Positions 1 to 9,181 of a stretch of 64,000 bases of DNA are shown piece by piece. Source of the DNA: Candidatus Altimarinota bacterium (GTDB lineage: Bacteria > Patescibacteriota > Gracilibacteria > JBDHUY01). The DNA is taken from contig JBDHUY010000003.1 in assembly GCA_039809385.1 (NCBI GenBank), forward strand, positions 116,050 to 180,049, in the 5' to 3' direction. The notes below the pieces were generated by a model. It ran no database searches. It saw only the letters and a program-made list of their open reading frames with translations, and was not told the origin of the DNA. Every line of letters begins with the position of its first letter. Position 1 is the first letter of the stretch. The translations under genes and the position numbers were made by a program.

Positions 1-1146
1 TAAGTTCCGTTCGGTCGTCACTATCCGTAAGTTGCCTTCATACTCGTCGAGTGAAAACTGATTTAAGACCGTGCCGGGTACATTGCCTTGTCCTTGATAT
101 TCGATTGTTCCCTGGTCGAGTCCGAATTTGTATATTTTGGTCTCCTCGGATCGTCCGGTCTTGGTCTTTTTACTCGTATCGTTGTAGGAACTTCGGGCGG
201 TTTCGGTAATGTAAAGATGCTCTGCCGAAGCGTAGACGGTTTCTCCGGATCCGAGAATGACCTCTTTTTCCAACAGGCGCGCGGTATCTCTCAGATCAAA
301 TCCTAGCAGGGTTATATACTGTGTGCCGACGCTGTCTGGGATATAGCGTACTTCTGTGCAGTCAACCAATGGTTTTTCCGTGTTGCTGATTTTTGAATCG
401 CGATACAGGGGAAGGTACACGTCGTTATTGTTCTTAGTAGCAGAATTTGCGTAGATGGGGGTATTCAAAACGACATATACCTTGCTGTCTATCATGCGGG
501 AGGTAGTATAGTTGCCGTTCACTTCGAGGGAACGTTCCAGACGAGGCTCGGTACGATCGGTCAGGTCATAGATTTTCATAAATGTTTCCATGGTCGACGG
601 TATTGAGATAGAGCGTTCTTCTTCGGTAAAGCTGCCTGCTGGAACTGTCGTGGTTCCGAAGACGACTAAGCGATTGTCTAGGATAAAAAACTCGGTGGCC
701 TGCTGGGAGTTATTATCTGTAAAAGCAATAGTGGCCAGGACTTTCATAGTTCCCGCAGGCACGGCCTCGACGATATACAGGGTGTTGTTGGACAGTCGAT
801 AAATGTATTTGCCGTCGGTTTTGGTCTGGTCGGCTTCGTCGATGCCGGCTACCTGAACATTGGTGGTCGAGTAATCTCCGTCAGCTGTGCCTCGTCCGAT
901 CGATTCGCTTTTCGTCGCTTGACCCGGAGTGGTCGGAGTCATTTCAAATAAAGGAGTGTCATGGCGGTATTTTTCTTCTTGATCGACGTGTGTATCAAGA
1001 TAACTCTGGAGCTCGACGCACGAATCAAAACTGGGAAGTTCCTCGGCCCGGGTTGTGGGTATCATGCTTAAATTGCCTTTGCATCCGCTCAGGATAGCAG
1101 TTGCTAATAGTAGTATGATCAGACTTATGTTTTTTGTTTTTTGCAT
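1..1146 (-). CDS. Secreted beta-propeller domain lipoprotein (partial, runs off window start)
   Basis: Not in ORF track. Manual translation from ATG 1146: MQKTKNISLIILLLATAILSGC (lipobox), then YSTTNVQVAGIDEADQTKTDGKYIY and VPGTVLNQFSLDEYEGNLRIVTT, motifs of the Beta_propel family. Confidence 0.85.
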   Translation of the reverse strand, partial: MQKTKNISLIILLLATAILSGCKGNLSMIPTTRAEELPSFDSCVELQSYLDTHVDQEEKYRHDTPLFEMTPTTPGQATKSESIGRGTADGDYSTTNVQVAGIDEADQTKTDGKYIYRLSNNTLYIVEAVPAGTMKVLATIAFTDNNSQQATEFFILDNRLVVFGTTTVPAGSFTEEERSISIPSTMETFMKIYDLTDRTEPRLERSLEVNGNYTTSRMIDSKVYVVLNTPIYANSATKNNNDVYLPLYRDSKISNTEKPLVDCTEVRYIPDSVGTQYITLLGFDLRDTARLLEKEVILGSGETVYASAEHLYITETARSSYNDTSKKTKTGRSEETKIYKFGLDQGTIEYQGQGNVPGTVLNQFSLDEYEGNLRIVTTERNL

Positions 1147-1300
1147 AACGGTATGATTTACGGAAATAGAATGAAGCTTCATGAAAAACAATGCTTATTT
1201 TTATAAGACATTACAAAGAAGCAGGAGTTGCTCATGCTCAACAGCCAGTGGCTAGCGAAGGAGCCAAAGAGTAGAAATAGAGAAAAATAAGAGGGGGCGA

Positions 1301-1981
1301 CTACTCGCTACTCCTTCTTGTCTTCTTTTTCATTGCGGCTTTTTCTCGGAGCAGTTTATTTCGCTCGTGGCGTACTTCTTCCATTTCTTCACTTACTGTT
1401 CCTAAGGTCTCTCTCAAACCCTCGATAATTGCCAAAAGAGCTTCTTCTCTCGTAGGATTTTCTGTCGCGGTGAAATCTTGCTGGGGAGGCGGACGGTCTT
1501 CAGGAGTAGGAAATGTGGTTAAGAGATTTTTGAGAAGGTCACGAATATCTCCAAAAAAGTTTACGCTTGGTTTGAAACCCAATGTGCGAACTAAAAAACG
1601 CAGTCGAAAGGTGTCGTTTCCCGAGAGCGTTTTCAATTTCCTGAGAAATTGCAAGAGGTATCTTTCCGCATTAGGATAGGAATAATCTTTTTTTCTATGT
1701 TCCGGTAAATTCTTACTACAATTTCGCACCATTTCTTCTACGCTCAAGTTGGCATTTATCAGAAGAAACTCTATATCCAGCTCGAAAAAGTTCAGAATAT
1801 TGCTTAGACGCGACCGGTAATTAAGTCTCTGAATCGACTTTCCTTTTTTCGTTTCATTTTCCGAAAACATACTAATCAGTTCCTCGACCGAAAAAAGTTC
1901 CAGTAGGACTTTTAAGTCAGGAGCATCTTGCTCTCGGGTTTCGGGCGGGTTGGAGGAAGCTCGAAGAGTCATACACTGCAA
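1301..1981 (-). CDS. Hypothetical protein with C-terminal coiled coil
   Basis: 226-aa ORF (ATG alternative at 1972); no recognisable motif. Confidence 0.55.
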   Translation of the reverse strand: MQCMTLRASSNPPETREQDAPDLKVLLELFSVEELISMFSENETKKGKSIQRLNYRSRLSNILNFFELDIEFLLINANLSVEEMVRNCSKNLPEHRKKDYSYPNAERYLLQFLRKLKTLSGNDTFRLRFLVRTLGFKPSVNFFGDIRDLLKNLLTTFPTPEDRPPPQQDFTATENPTREEALLAIIEGLRETLGTVSEEMEEVRHERNKLLREKAAMKKKTRRSSE

Positions 1982-2152
1982 ATAATCAAAAATTTGATAG
2001 CATGCGTATTATAAAAACTTTTTTGTGTTTTGCAAGAGATATCTTTTCAGCACAAAGAGGGCTAACATGGTACTGCCTGCTAAATAAAGTCTGCTTTGAC
2101 TTTTGAGCTCTTTCGTCTTACTTTTAAACTACTTTTTTCATGAAAAATTTTT

Positions 2153-3454
2153 ATGAAACAACTGGTAATCGCTCTTCTGACTTTCTTTGCCAAACAAAAA
2201 CTGCGTCGCTCTCAACCGGTGATTATCGGTATTACCGGCACGGTCGGAAAAACGACCACCAAAGAGATCGTTGCTCACCTACTTTCCGCCCAATTCCCCG
2301 TCAAAAAAAGTGAAGGGGGTTTGAACAGCGACATCGGTCTGCCATTAACGATTCTCAATCAAAAGACCGGATATAATCTTGTTTCCTGGATCAGGATTCT
2401 CTTCTTTGGCTTTTTGGAAAGTTTTAAAAAAGAACCGGCCCGCTATTTCGTGGCCGAAATGGGAGCCGATAAGCCGGGCGATATTGCTCATTTAGTCAGT
2501 ATCGCTCCTCCGCATATCAGCGTGGTTACCAGCGTGGCGCGGGTGCATTTAAACGAAGATCAGTTTCGCGACGAAGATGCGATCGCCGCCGAAAAGGCTA
2601 AAATTGTTACCGGCTTGGGCGAAAACGATATTGCCATTTTAAACGCGGATAATCCCTGGACATTTGCCATGCGCGAAAAAACCAAAGCCCGGGTACTCCT
2701 GTTTGGCCATAGCGATCAGGCGCATATCCGCTTAGAAAAGGTCCGCGCTACCTTGGAAGGTATTACGTTCGAGGTTTCCTATCAGTCCAGACGTTTCGAA
2801 TTTCAGGCTCCAGTGGTCGGGAGTTTTCTGGCTTCGACCTTTCTTCCCGCTATTCTGATTGCCTTTTTGCTCGATGTTCCGTTGTCCAAAATCCAGGAAC
2901 GTGTCTCGAGTTTTCGTATGCCCAACGGACGGTTAAGTCTTATCGAGGGTATCAACGATTCCTGGATTATTGATAGTAGTTATAACTCTTCCGCGTATGC
3001 CTGCCGCGAAGCTTTGCTCACGCTTTCCGCTTTGCCCGGGAATCGCAAGATCGCGGTGCTGGGGAATATGAATGAGCTGGGTAGTTTTGCCGAGGAAGAA
3101 CATCGTGAGATAGGTACGTTTGCGGCCGAGAGATGTGACCTGCTGGTTACCGTCGGGCAGGATGCCCAGTGGATAGCGGAGGAGGCAAGCGGTCAGAAAC
3201 CAGGCCGGCAGTCGACAGCTGACAGCCGACAGCTAAGGATCAAAAGCTTCCTGAATTACCAGCAAGCGGCAGAGTATGTAAAACCACTCATTCAGAAAGG
3301 CGATCTGATTTTGGTGAAGGGGTCTCAAAATAAGGTGTTTTTGGAAGAACTGATCAAGCAGATTATGAAACATCCCGAGACGGCTCACAACGTTCTGGTA
3401 CGGCAGGGGCCCGAATGGGAGAAAAAGAAAGCCGCTTTTCTGGCTTCGGCTTAG
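2153..3454 (+). CDS. murF: UDP-N-acetylmuramoyl-tripeptide--D-Ala-D-Ala ligase
   Basis: GITGTVGKTTTKE P-loop, NSDIGLP, EMGAD.PGDI, IIDSSYNSS, LGNMNELG, LVKGSQ. Confidence 0.93.
   Translation: MKQLVIALLTFFAKQKLRRSQPVIIGITGTVGKTTTKEIVAHLLSAQFPVKKSEGGLNSDIGLPLTILNQKTGYNLVSWIRILFFGFLESFKKEPARYFVAEMGADKPGDIAHLVSIAPPHISVVTSVARVHLNEDQFRDEDAIAAEKAKIVTGLGENDIAILNADNPWTFAMREKTKARVLLFGHSDQAHIRLEKVRATLEGITFEVSYQSRRFEFQAPVVGSFLASTFLPAILIAFLLDVPLSKIQERVSSFRMPNGRLSLIEGINDSWIIDSSYNSSAYACREALLTLSALPGNRKIAVLGNMNELGSFAEEEHREIGTFAAERCDLLVTVGQDAQWIAEEASGQKPGRQSTADSRQLRIKSFLNYQQAAEYVKPLIQKGDLILVKGSQNKVFLEELIKQIMKHPETAHNVLVRQGPEWEKKKAAFLASA
3206..3233 (+). repeat. 7-nt tandem repeat translated in frame inside murF
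   Basis: cggcagt cgacagc tgacagc cgacagc, encoding part of RQSTADSRQL. Confidence 0.7.
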
Positions 3455-3603
3455 TAATATTTCAAGAGAGGATATTATCCAAGCTAAAAGATAAAAAAAT
3501 CCTAACTTTTTAGCAAAAGGTATCTTCTTATTTTGCAATTGTAAGGATATTTGAATACCATGATTGTAGATAATATATTCTGTTATCTCTTTATAAATAC
3601 CTT

Positions 3604-3843
3604 ATGAATAATAAGAAGAAACAGCCTGAAAAAAATCAGACTCAAAACTTTCCCCCTGCTTTGTATGCTTCTGTCTTTCGATCTACGGTGACTGATCGAG
3701 ATCTTTTTTTAGAATGTTTTCAACCTGCCGGAGATAATACGTTCTCGTTAATAGCAAGACTGGTAATGCCCCTTGCTTCTGCTCAGGAGCTGAATGATCT
3801 TATGAAGCAGCAATTAGAAAAAAATAAGAAAAGTAATACGTAG
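3604..3843 (+). CDS. DUF3467-like small protein
   Basis: LYASVF..TVTDRDLFLECFQ...IARLVMPLASAQELNDLM pattern resembles DUF3467. Confidence 0.55.
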   Translation: MNNKKKQPEKNQTQNFPPALYASVFRSTVTDRDLFLECFQPAGDNTFSLIARLVMPLASAQELNDLMKQQLEKNKKSNT

Positions 3844-3860
3844 TCATTTTCTTTTTTTCC

Positions 3861-4064
3861 ATGATTATAAAGGATAAAGCTATTTATGGTGGTAAAGCTA
3901 TTATACAAGGAACAAGACTTCCTGTTTCTTCTATTTTAGCTATGCTTGCGGATGGAAAAACTCCCAAACAGATAGTTAAGAGAATCAACTCCTTCCATAA
4001 AACAGACCTAAAAGAAAAAGATATTAGAGAGGCTTTGGAATATAGTATTACAGTATTGAAATAA
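3861..4064 (+). CDS. DUF433 family antitoxin
   Basis: IYGGKAIIQGTRLPVSSILAMLADG...DIREALEY is the DUF433 signature. Confidence 0.9.
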   Translation: MIIKDKAIYGGKAIIQGTRLPVSSILAMLADGKTPKQIVKRINSFHKTDLKEKDIREALEYSITVLK

Positions 4065-4459
4065 TGAAAAAGCTCATTCAAGTAAAGAGGGTTAAGCAAA
4101 AGCCTAAAATAGCTGTTGATGCAGACAGTACGTTTTTAATAGCTAAAATCAGTAAAAAGAATGCAAAGTTACGATCCGTGGTAGATTTTACAAATTCCCC
4201 CGCGGCTGAAGATAAAGTAGTTTATACTATGGCTAATAAGGCCAATTATCATGTATTGACGGGTAATATTTCTGATTTTTTTAAATTTCCAAAGAGTAAA
4301 AAAGATGTTGGAGTGATAGGACACAGAAATCCGATTGATTCAAAGTCTACCCAAAAGGAACTTGCTGATTTCCTTAAAAAAGTCTCACATGAGGATTTAT
4401 TTGGAAAATGTATTGTCGTAGATCATCAAGGAATAAAAGTAATCAAGAACTTTTCATAG
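4064..4459 (+). CDS. DUF5615/VapC45-like PIN toxin
   Basis: KIAVDAD...AAED..V...A.....VLTGNISDF pattern; TAATG overlap with the DUF433 gene. Confidence 0.7.
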   Translation: MKKLIQVKRVKQKPKIAVDADSTFLIAKISKKNAKLRSVVDFTNSPAAEDKVVYTMANKANYHVLTGNISDFFKFPKSKKDVGVIGHRNPIDSKSTQKELADFLKKVSHEDLFGKCIVVDHQGIKVIKNFS

Positions 4460-4537
4460 AAGGCGTTATGTATTGTTAAGAAACTTTGACATTGTTATAC
4501 TCTAGCTGTCTTACTTTTCTCTTTTTCTATACAAATC

Positions 4538-6691
4538 ATGCAACGATTCTCGCTGCGTTTTGGGGTACTCTCTTTGTTTGTGTTTGGGGCGCTTTTTTCC
4601 ATGCTGCCTCTTAACTCAACCCGCGGAGCCGCGGCGGTATATACTGTAGCCAATAATGTGGTGTACAAAGACGGTAATCCCATTGTGCTCAGGGGTGTCA
4701 ACTGGTTTGGATTCGAGACGAACAATCACGTAGTGCATGGCTTGTGGGCGAGAAATTATAAAGAGATGATCCAGCAGATCAAGGATACTGGTTTTAACGC
4801 CGTCCGATTGCCATTTTGTCCGGCAGTGCTCAGCAGCGCTTCGGCTGATTCGATCGATTTTGCCAAAAATCAGGATTTGCAGGGATTAAACAGTCTGCAA
4901 ATCTTTGATAAGATCGTCGACGAATTTAACAGCAAACAAATTTACATACTGCTCGATCATCATAGACCCGATTGTAACGCTATCAGCGAACTGTGGTATA
5001 CTGACAGTTATTCCGAAGGTCAGTGGATCGCCGATCTGAAAAATGTGGCCGAGCGCTACAAAGACCGCGAGTATTTTATGGGAATCGACCTAAAAAACGA
5101 ACCCCACGGGCAGGTCAACTGGGGCAGCGGCGATGGTGCCAAAGACTGGAAACTGGCTGCCGAAAAAGCCGGCGAAGCTATTCTGACTTCCAACCCCAAT
5201 ATTTTGATCTTTGTTGAAGGAATCCAGGAAAGCTCCAACTGTTCAGGGAATATCGGTCACTGGTGGGGCGGTAATCTGGAACCGCAAAGTTGTTTTCCGA
5301 TCTCGAACAAGATTCCGGCCAACAAACTGGTTCTTTCTCCTCATGTCTACGGCCCCGATGTCTATAATCAATCCTATTTTACTACAAGCGATTTCCCGGC
5401 TAATCTTCCCGCGATCTGGGATGCGCATTTTGGACAATTTGTGGACAAAGGTTTCACCGTGATTCCGGGAGAATGGGGCGGCAAATATGGGAACGGCGGC
5501 GATCCGAAGGATGTGACTTGGCAGAATGCGATCGTGGACTACTACAAGCAGAAAAAAATATGCAGTTCGTTTTACTGGAGCTGGAATCCTAATTCGGGCG
5601 ATACCGGCGGGGTGTTGAAAGACGATTGGACCACGGTGTGGGATAATAAAAAAACGCTGCTCCAGGGCTATTTTAGTGGTTGTCAGGTAACAGGATCTTC
5701 TTCCGGTAGTTCCTCTGGTGTCGGTTCCTCTACTTCTAGCTCCAGTACGTCTTCGGGCGGTTCTCCCACCAGTTCGAGCTCCGGAACCGGTTCGACCTCC
5801 AGCTCCTCCTCGGGAGGTACGACGAGTTCTTCTTCCACCTCTTCCGGCGGTAGTACCTCATCCTCTTCTTCCAGCTCCGGCACGGGGTCAACCAGCGGAG
5901 GATCCTCTACGAGTTCGAGTTCCGGTTCTAGTTCAGGGACAGGCTCGTCTTCGGGGAGTGGTTCTTCTTCGTCCGGCAGTTCTTCGGGAAGTAGTAGTGG
6001 CGGTAGTGCCACTGTTTCGCATCTGGCTTGTGTGAATAATCAGTGTACACGGGTTTCGGGATCGGGAAACGACGAATGTTCCACGATAGGCGTTGCTTGC
6101 GGCAATTTGCCAGTATCTCCTTTTCTCGACGTTGCAACGAGTCATTGGGCTTTCGAAGCGATCGATCAGATTTTTCGCAATGGGGTTACCAAAGGTTGTT
6201 CAACGGGCCGCTATTGCCCCGAGATGTCGGTGACGCGGGCGCAAATGGCTGTGTTTCTTGAGCGCGTATTGCATGGCGCTAACTACAATCCGCCTCAGGC
6301 TGCCGGGATATTTGCGGATGTTCCCGTTTTTCCGCTGAAACATTGGGCGGCCGATTTTATTGAACAGCTCTCCAGTGAAAAATTCACTAAAGGCTGCGCT
6401 CAGAATCCGAATCGTTTCTGTCCTGATAAAGGATTAACCCGGGCCGAGATGGCGGTCTTTCTCTTACGTATCAAATATGGAGAAAATTACGCTCCTTCCA
6501 CGATATCTTCTTCCCGTTTCAAGGATGTTGCTTCCTCCTACTGGGCGTCCGCATGGATTGAAAAGCTGGCGCAGGACGGCATTACCCAGGGGTGTAACGG
6601 CAACAACTTCTGTCCCGAAAAACCGGTAAACCGCGCTGAAATGGCCGTTTTTCTCGTGCGTGCTTTCGGCTCGTCGGTGGGAATACGGTAG
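4538..6691 (+). CDS. Secreted GH5 endoglucanase-like hydrolase with Ser/Gly linker, Cys-rich motif and three SLH domains
   Basis: Signal peptide; GVNWFGFET, HGLW, DLKNEPH (acid/base Glu), SPHVYGP, GEWGG (nucleophile Glu), WSWNPNSGDTGG; SLH repeats F.DV..HWA...TRAQMAVFL. Confidence 0.93.
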   Translation: MQRFSLRFGVLSLFVFGALFSMLPLNSTRGAAAVYTVANNVVYKDGNPIVLRGVNWFGFETNNHVVHGLWARNYKEMIQQIKDTGFNAVRLPFCPAVLSSASADSIDFAKNQDLQGLNSLQIFDKIVDEFNSKQIYILLDHHRPDCNAISELWYTDSYSEGQWIADLKNVAERYKDREYFMGIDLKNEPHGQVNWGSGDGAKDWKLAAEKAGEAILTSNPNILIFVEGIQESSNCSGNIGHWWGGNLEPQSCFPISNKIPANKLVLSPHVYGPDVYNQSYFTTSDFPANLPAIWDAHFGQFVDKGFTVIPGEWGGKYGNGGDPKDVTWQNAIVDYYKQKKICSSFYWSWNPNSGDTGGVLKDDWTTVWDNKKTLLQGYFSGCQVTGSSSGSSSGVGSSTSSSSTSSGGSPTSSSSGTGSTSSSSSGGTTSSSSTSSGGSTSSSSSSSGTGSTSGGSSTSSSSGSSSGTGSSSGSGSSSSGSSSGSSSGGSATVSHLACVNNQCTRVSGSGNDECSTIGVACGNLPVSPFLDVATSHWAFEAIDQIFRNGVTKGCSTGRYCPEMSVTRAQMAVFLERVLHGANYNPPQAAGIFADVPVFPLKHWAADFIEQLSSEKFTKGCAQNPNRFCPDKGLTRAEMAVFLLRIKYGENYAPSTISSSRFKDVASSYWASAWIEKLAQDGITQGCNGNNFCPEKPVNRAEMAVFLVRAFGSSVGIR

Positions 6692-6722
6692 GAGCAAGTG
6701 GTTAGCGGTTAGTTTTCCAGTA

Positions 6723-6747
6723 TGTCATCCCGGCTTGTCCGAGATCC
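6723..6747 (+). repeat. GTCATCCCG-type REP-like palindrome
   Basis: tgtcatcccggcttgtccgagatcc; related to the inverted copy ggatcccgggcggggccgggatgac near 59361-59385. Confidence 0.5.
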
Positions 6748-6999
6748 GAAAACACCTCGAGCTTGCTTAAAGTACGTAGTGACGAGTAAATTCACAAGAA
6801 CGATTGAATCTGTTCTCGACTAGCTAACAACGGACATTACTCTCGTTTACTCATTGTACTAAGAGTTCCGCGACTCCCCATGCCCATGGCGTGCATACTG
6901 GAGTGACTTTGCTAGTAGATTATTTATCAATTCCATTTCAAAATAGTGAGAGATCCGACCATAATAATTTCTTATACATTACAAGAAAATGAATAGTGT

Positions 7000-7435
7000 T
7001 TATCTTTCATTTTTTTTGTTATCAATAAAAACGAAATTCCCTAAAAATGCCGGAATAAATTTCTGATGGCCCACAAATATTTCTTCTGGTAGCTCTTTTA
7101 TATCAAACCATTGCCACTTAGCAAATTTTTCAGGTTCCATTACTCTGGCCTCTCCCTCGAAATCTTTCGCCAGGAAGTTGATATGAATGTAGTGACTCTC
7201 ATCCCGCGGGTCGTTTATTATATGCAAAAAATCTAAATTTTTCACTATAATACCGGTTTCCTCCTCTAATTCTCTCTGTGCCCCCTTGATCAAGGACTCT
7301 CCGTATTCAAAATGTCCGCCGGGTAGGCACCAAGTGTTCCGTATCCCGTTTTTCCGATCCTTTTCCAAGCAAAATCTTGTTATTTCTTAACAGAAAAACA
7401 TTCACCCCGATTCTCACTTGTGCTTTCTGCTCCAT
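7000..7435 (-). pseudogene. NUDIX hydrolase, frameshifted
   Basis: ATG 7435 gives MEQKAQVRIGVNVFLLRNNKILLGK in one frame; WCLPGGHFEYGESLIKGAQRELEEETG (Nudix box) lies in another frame; shift near 7335-7365. Confidence 0.75.
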
Positions 7436-7490
7436 AAATAGAAGAATAGTTAAAAGGTAAAATATTTCTCACCCACTGAAAATTGTATTT

Positions 7491-8570
7491 CTATTGAAGC
7501 TGCTCCGGCCCTACCAGTCGATCATACCGCCGGCCATTAAACATAATTGTAGGGATTTTGATCGTTTTGATCTTCTTTTCTACGATCTCACGATTTTTTT
7601 GCAGTTTTTCACTGATTTGATCCGACAGAGCCAACTGGTCAATCTGCCGGATTTCGGCATCGGTATAGCCGATGGTCCCAAGCATCTTGCGTAATTCGCT
7701 TACGGCACGTTCCTTATCGTAGAGTAAATTGAAGCTGTTCTGGTACTCCTGCCCGTTTTCGTCGCTACCGGTAAACATCATTTCGAGCAGCTGCCAGTCG
7801 GGGGAAACTCCGCTGGGATTGCTCGTTAAGGGAGTTTGTTGAAGCGCCAATAAATACCGTGTGACGAGTTCCGAATGCACGAATTTAAATTCTCCCGGTC
7901 TCGTTACATCCGGAATCGGGTAGGGGATATAGGTCAAATTATAGTTTCTTTCAAAACTAGCCGTTTTTATGTTTTTGAACAGCTGTTTGCAAAATTTACA
8001 ACCTGGGTCGATCACTTCGAGCGCGACCGGTTTGGTTTCGTCAAATCGGGTGTAGTAGCTTGGGTTTTCGGGCAGAAACTCGCGCACGTCCCAACTACGG
8101 ATTCGATCCGGGATGCGCGAAACCGTTTCGGCAAACGTAATGAACGGCTGGGCGAGCCATTCTCCGAAACGATTTTGAGATATCGCATCCGGCAGGCTTA
8201 GCTGATTGGTGCCGATCCCGCAGGCTTCTCCGGAGAGCGAGCACGATTCGCCGCTGACCGGATCGCACGTGTCGTAGACCCACAGGTTCAAACCCGCAAG
8301 TGTCACCGATACCAGGCTCCAGATACTCAGCGCGACAAACGCAAAGGCAAACCAGTCCAACCATTTATCCAGAAACTTGGCTAAACGCGGCCGTTTAAGG
8401 ATCATTTTTCCCAGTAATCGGCTTTTGACCTCTTCGCCGAAATTGATGTCACATGGTTTGAACGTAATTCGTTTCCGGACGCAATACCACGCTTTGGCGG
8501 TCAGACTCCGGTACTTCGCGGAAAAGATTCCCAGAATAGCAAAAACGATGAAGGCGGCGATACAGAGCAT
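7491..8570 (-). CDS. Membrane-anchored DsbA/thioredoxin-like protein
   Basis: N-terminal TM helices, DPGCKFC CxxC motif, C-terminal IPTIMFNG. Confidence 0.7.
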   Translation of the reverse strand: MLCIAAFIVFAILGIFSAKYRSLTAKAWYCVRKRITFKPCDINFGEEVKSRLLGKMILKRPRLAKFLDKWLDWFAFAFVALSIWSLVSVTLAGLNLWVYDTCDPVSGESCSLSGEACGIGTNQLSLPDAISQNRFGEWLAQPFITFAETVSRIPDRIRSWDVREFLPENPSYYTRFDETKPVALEVIDPGCKFCKQLFKNIKTASFERNYNLTYIPYPIPDVTRPGEFKFVHSELVTRYLLALQQTPLTSNPSGVSPDWQLLEMMFTGSDENGQEYQNSFNLLYDKERAVSELRKMLGTIGYTDAEIRQIDQLALSDQISEKLQKNREIVEKKIKTIKIPTIMFNGRRYDRLVGPEQLQ

Positions 8571-8582
8571 GTAGAATTGTTG

Positions 8583-8954
8583 TTAAGGCGTATTAATGAT
8601 TTCTATTTCTTTAACTTTTCTCATATCTCTATCATAACTCACTAATTTTTTACCATAAACAAAACAAGTGGCGGCAATGATTGCGTCAGGTGTTTCTAGG
8701 CGATAAACTTTTCTAAAATCGGCTGCTTTTCTTGCGATAAAGGAATCAACCGGCACAATAAAAACACTCTGCATCCACAAGCTCATGAAAATAAATTCTT
8801 CCGACGTTTGTTCTGTGTATGAAAAAAGCTCAATCTCGGTGATTGTAGAAATAACGAACTTACTTCCTAGGTTTCTTAGATTATCTAGGAATGTAACAGT
8901 GTGATTATTCCCCTTGAAGTAGTTAACAATCGCATTTGTATCTAATACAATCAT
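8583..8954 (-). CDS. vapC: VapC PIN-domain toxin
   Basis: MIVLDTN, STITEIEL, LETPDAIIAAT, LVSYDRD; start at the ATGA overlap with the antitoxin (8960 is an alternative). Confidence 0.9.
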   Translation of the reverse strand: MIVLDTNAIVNYFKGNNHTVTFLDNLRNLGSKFVISTITEIELFSYTEQTSEEFIFMSLWMQSVFIVPVDSFIARKAADFRKVYRLETPDAIIAATCFVYGKKLVSYDRDMRKVKEIEIINTP

Positions 8955-9103
8955 TTCCATTCTTTACGGATTTTCTTTTGCCAAACTACCGGGTCATCTT
9001 TTCGATCCTTCCACATGCCTTTGACAAGCTCCCAAGGATCAACGCCGGAATAGCTTTTCATACGGCTTCTGATATCTTTTTTTGGAATAACTAAGGATTT
9101 CAT
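8951..9103 (-). CDS. VapB-like antitoxin (50 aa, missing from ORF track)
   Basis: MKSLVIPKKDIRSRMKSYSGVDPWELVKGMWKDRKDDPVVWQKKIRKEWK; GMWKDR..IRKEW tail typical of VapB-like antitoxins; stop overlaps toxin start. Confidence 0.75.
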   Translation of the reverse strand: MKSLVIPKKDIRSRMKSYSGVDPWELVKGMWKDRKDDPVVWQKKIRKEWK

Positions 9104-9181
9104 AGGTGTTTTCTTTCAAAGGTAAGAGTCAACCGTATTCTAGGCTTAAAGCTCTATGTGGGTCAAGTTCTGGTTTTTTTG

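Noticed and set aside
5683-6145. Glu/Pro-rich and Arg-rich ORFs over the GH5 linker
   Set aside because: Shadow frames of the low-complexity Ser/Gly linker
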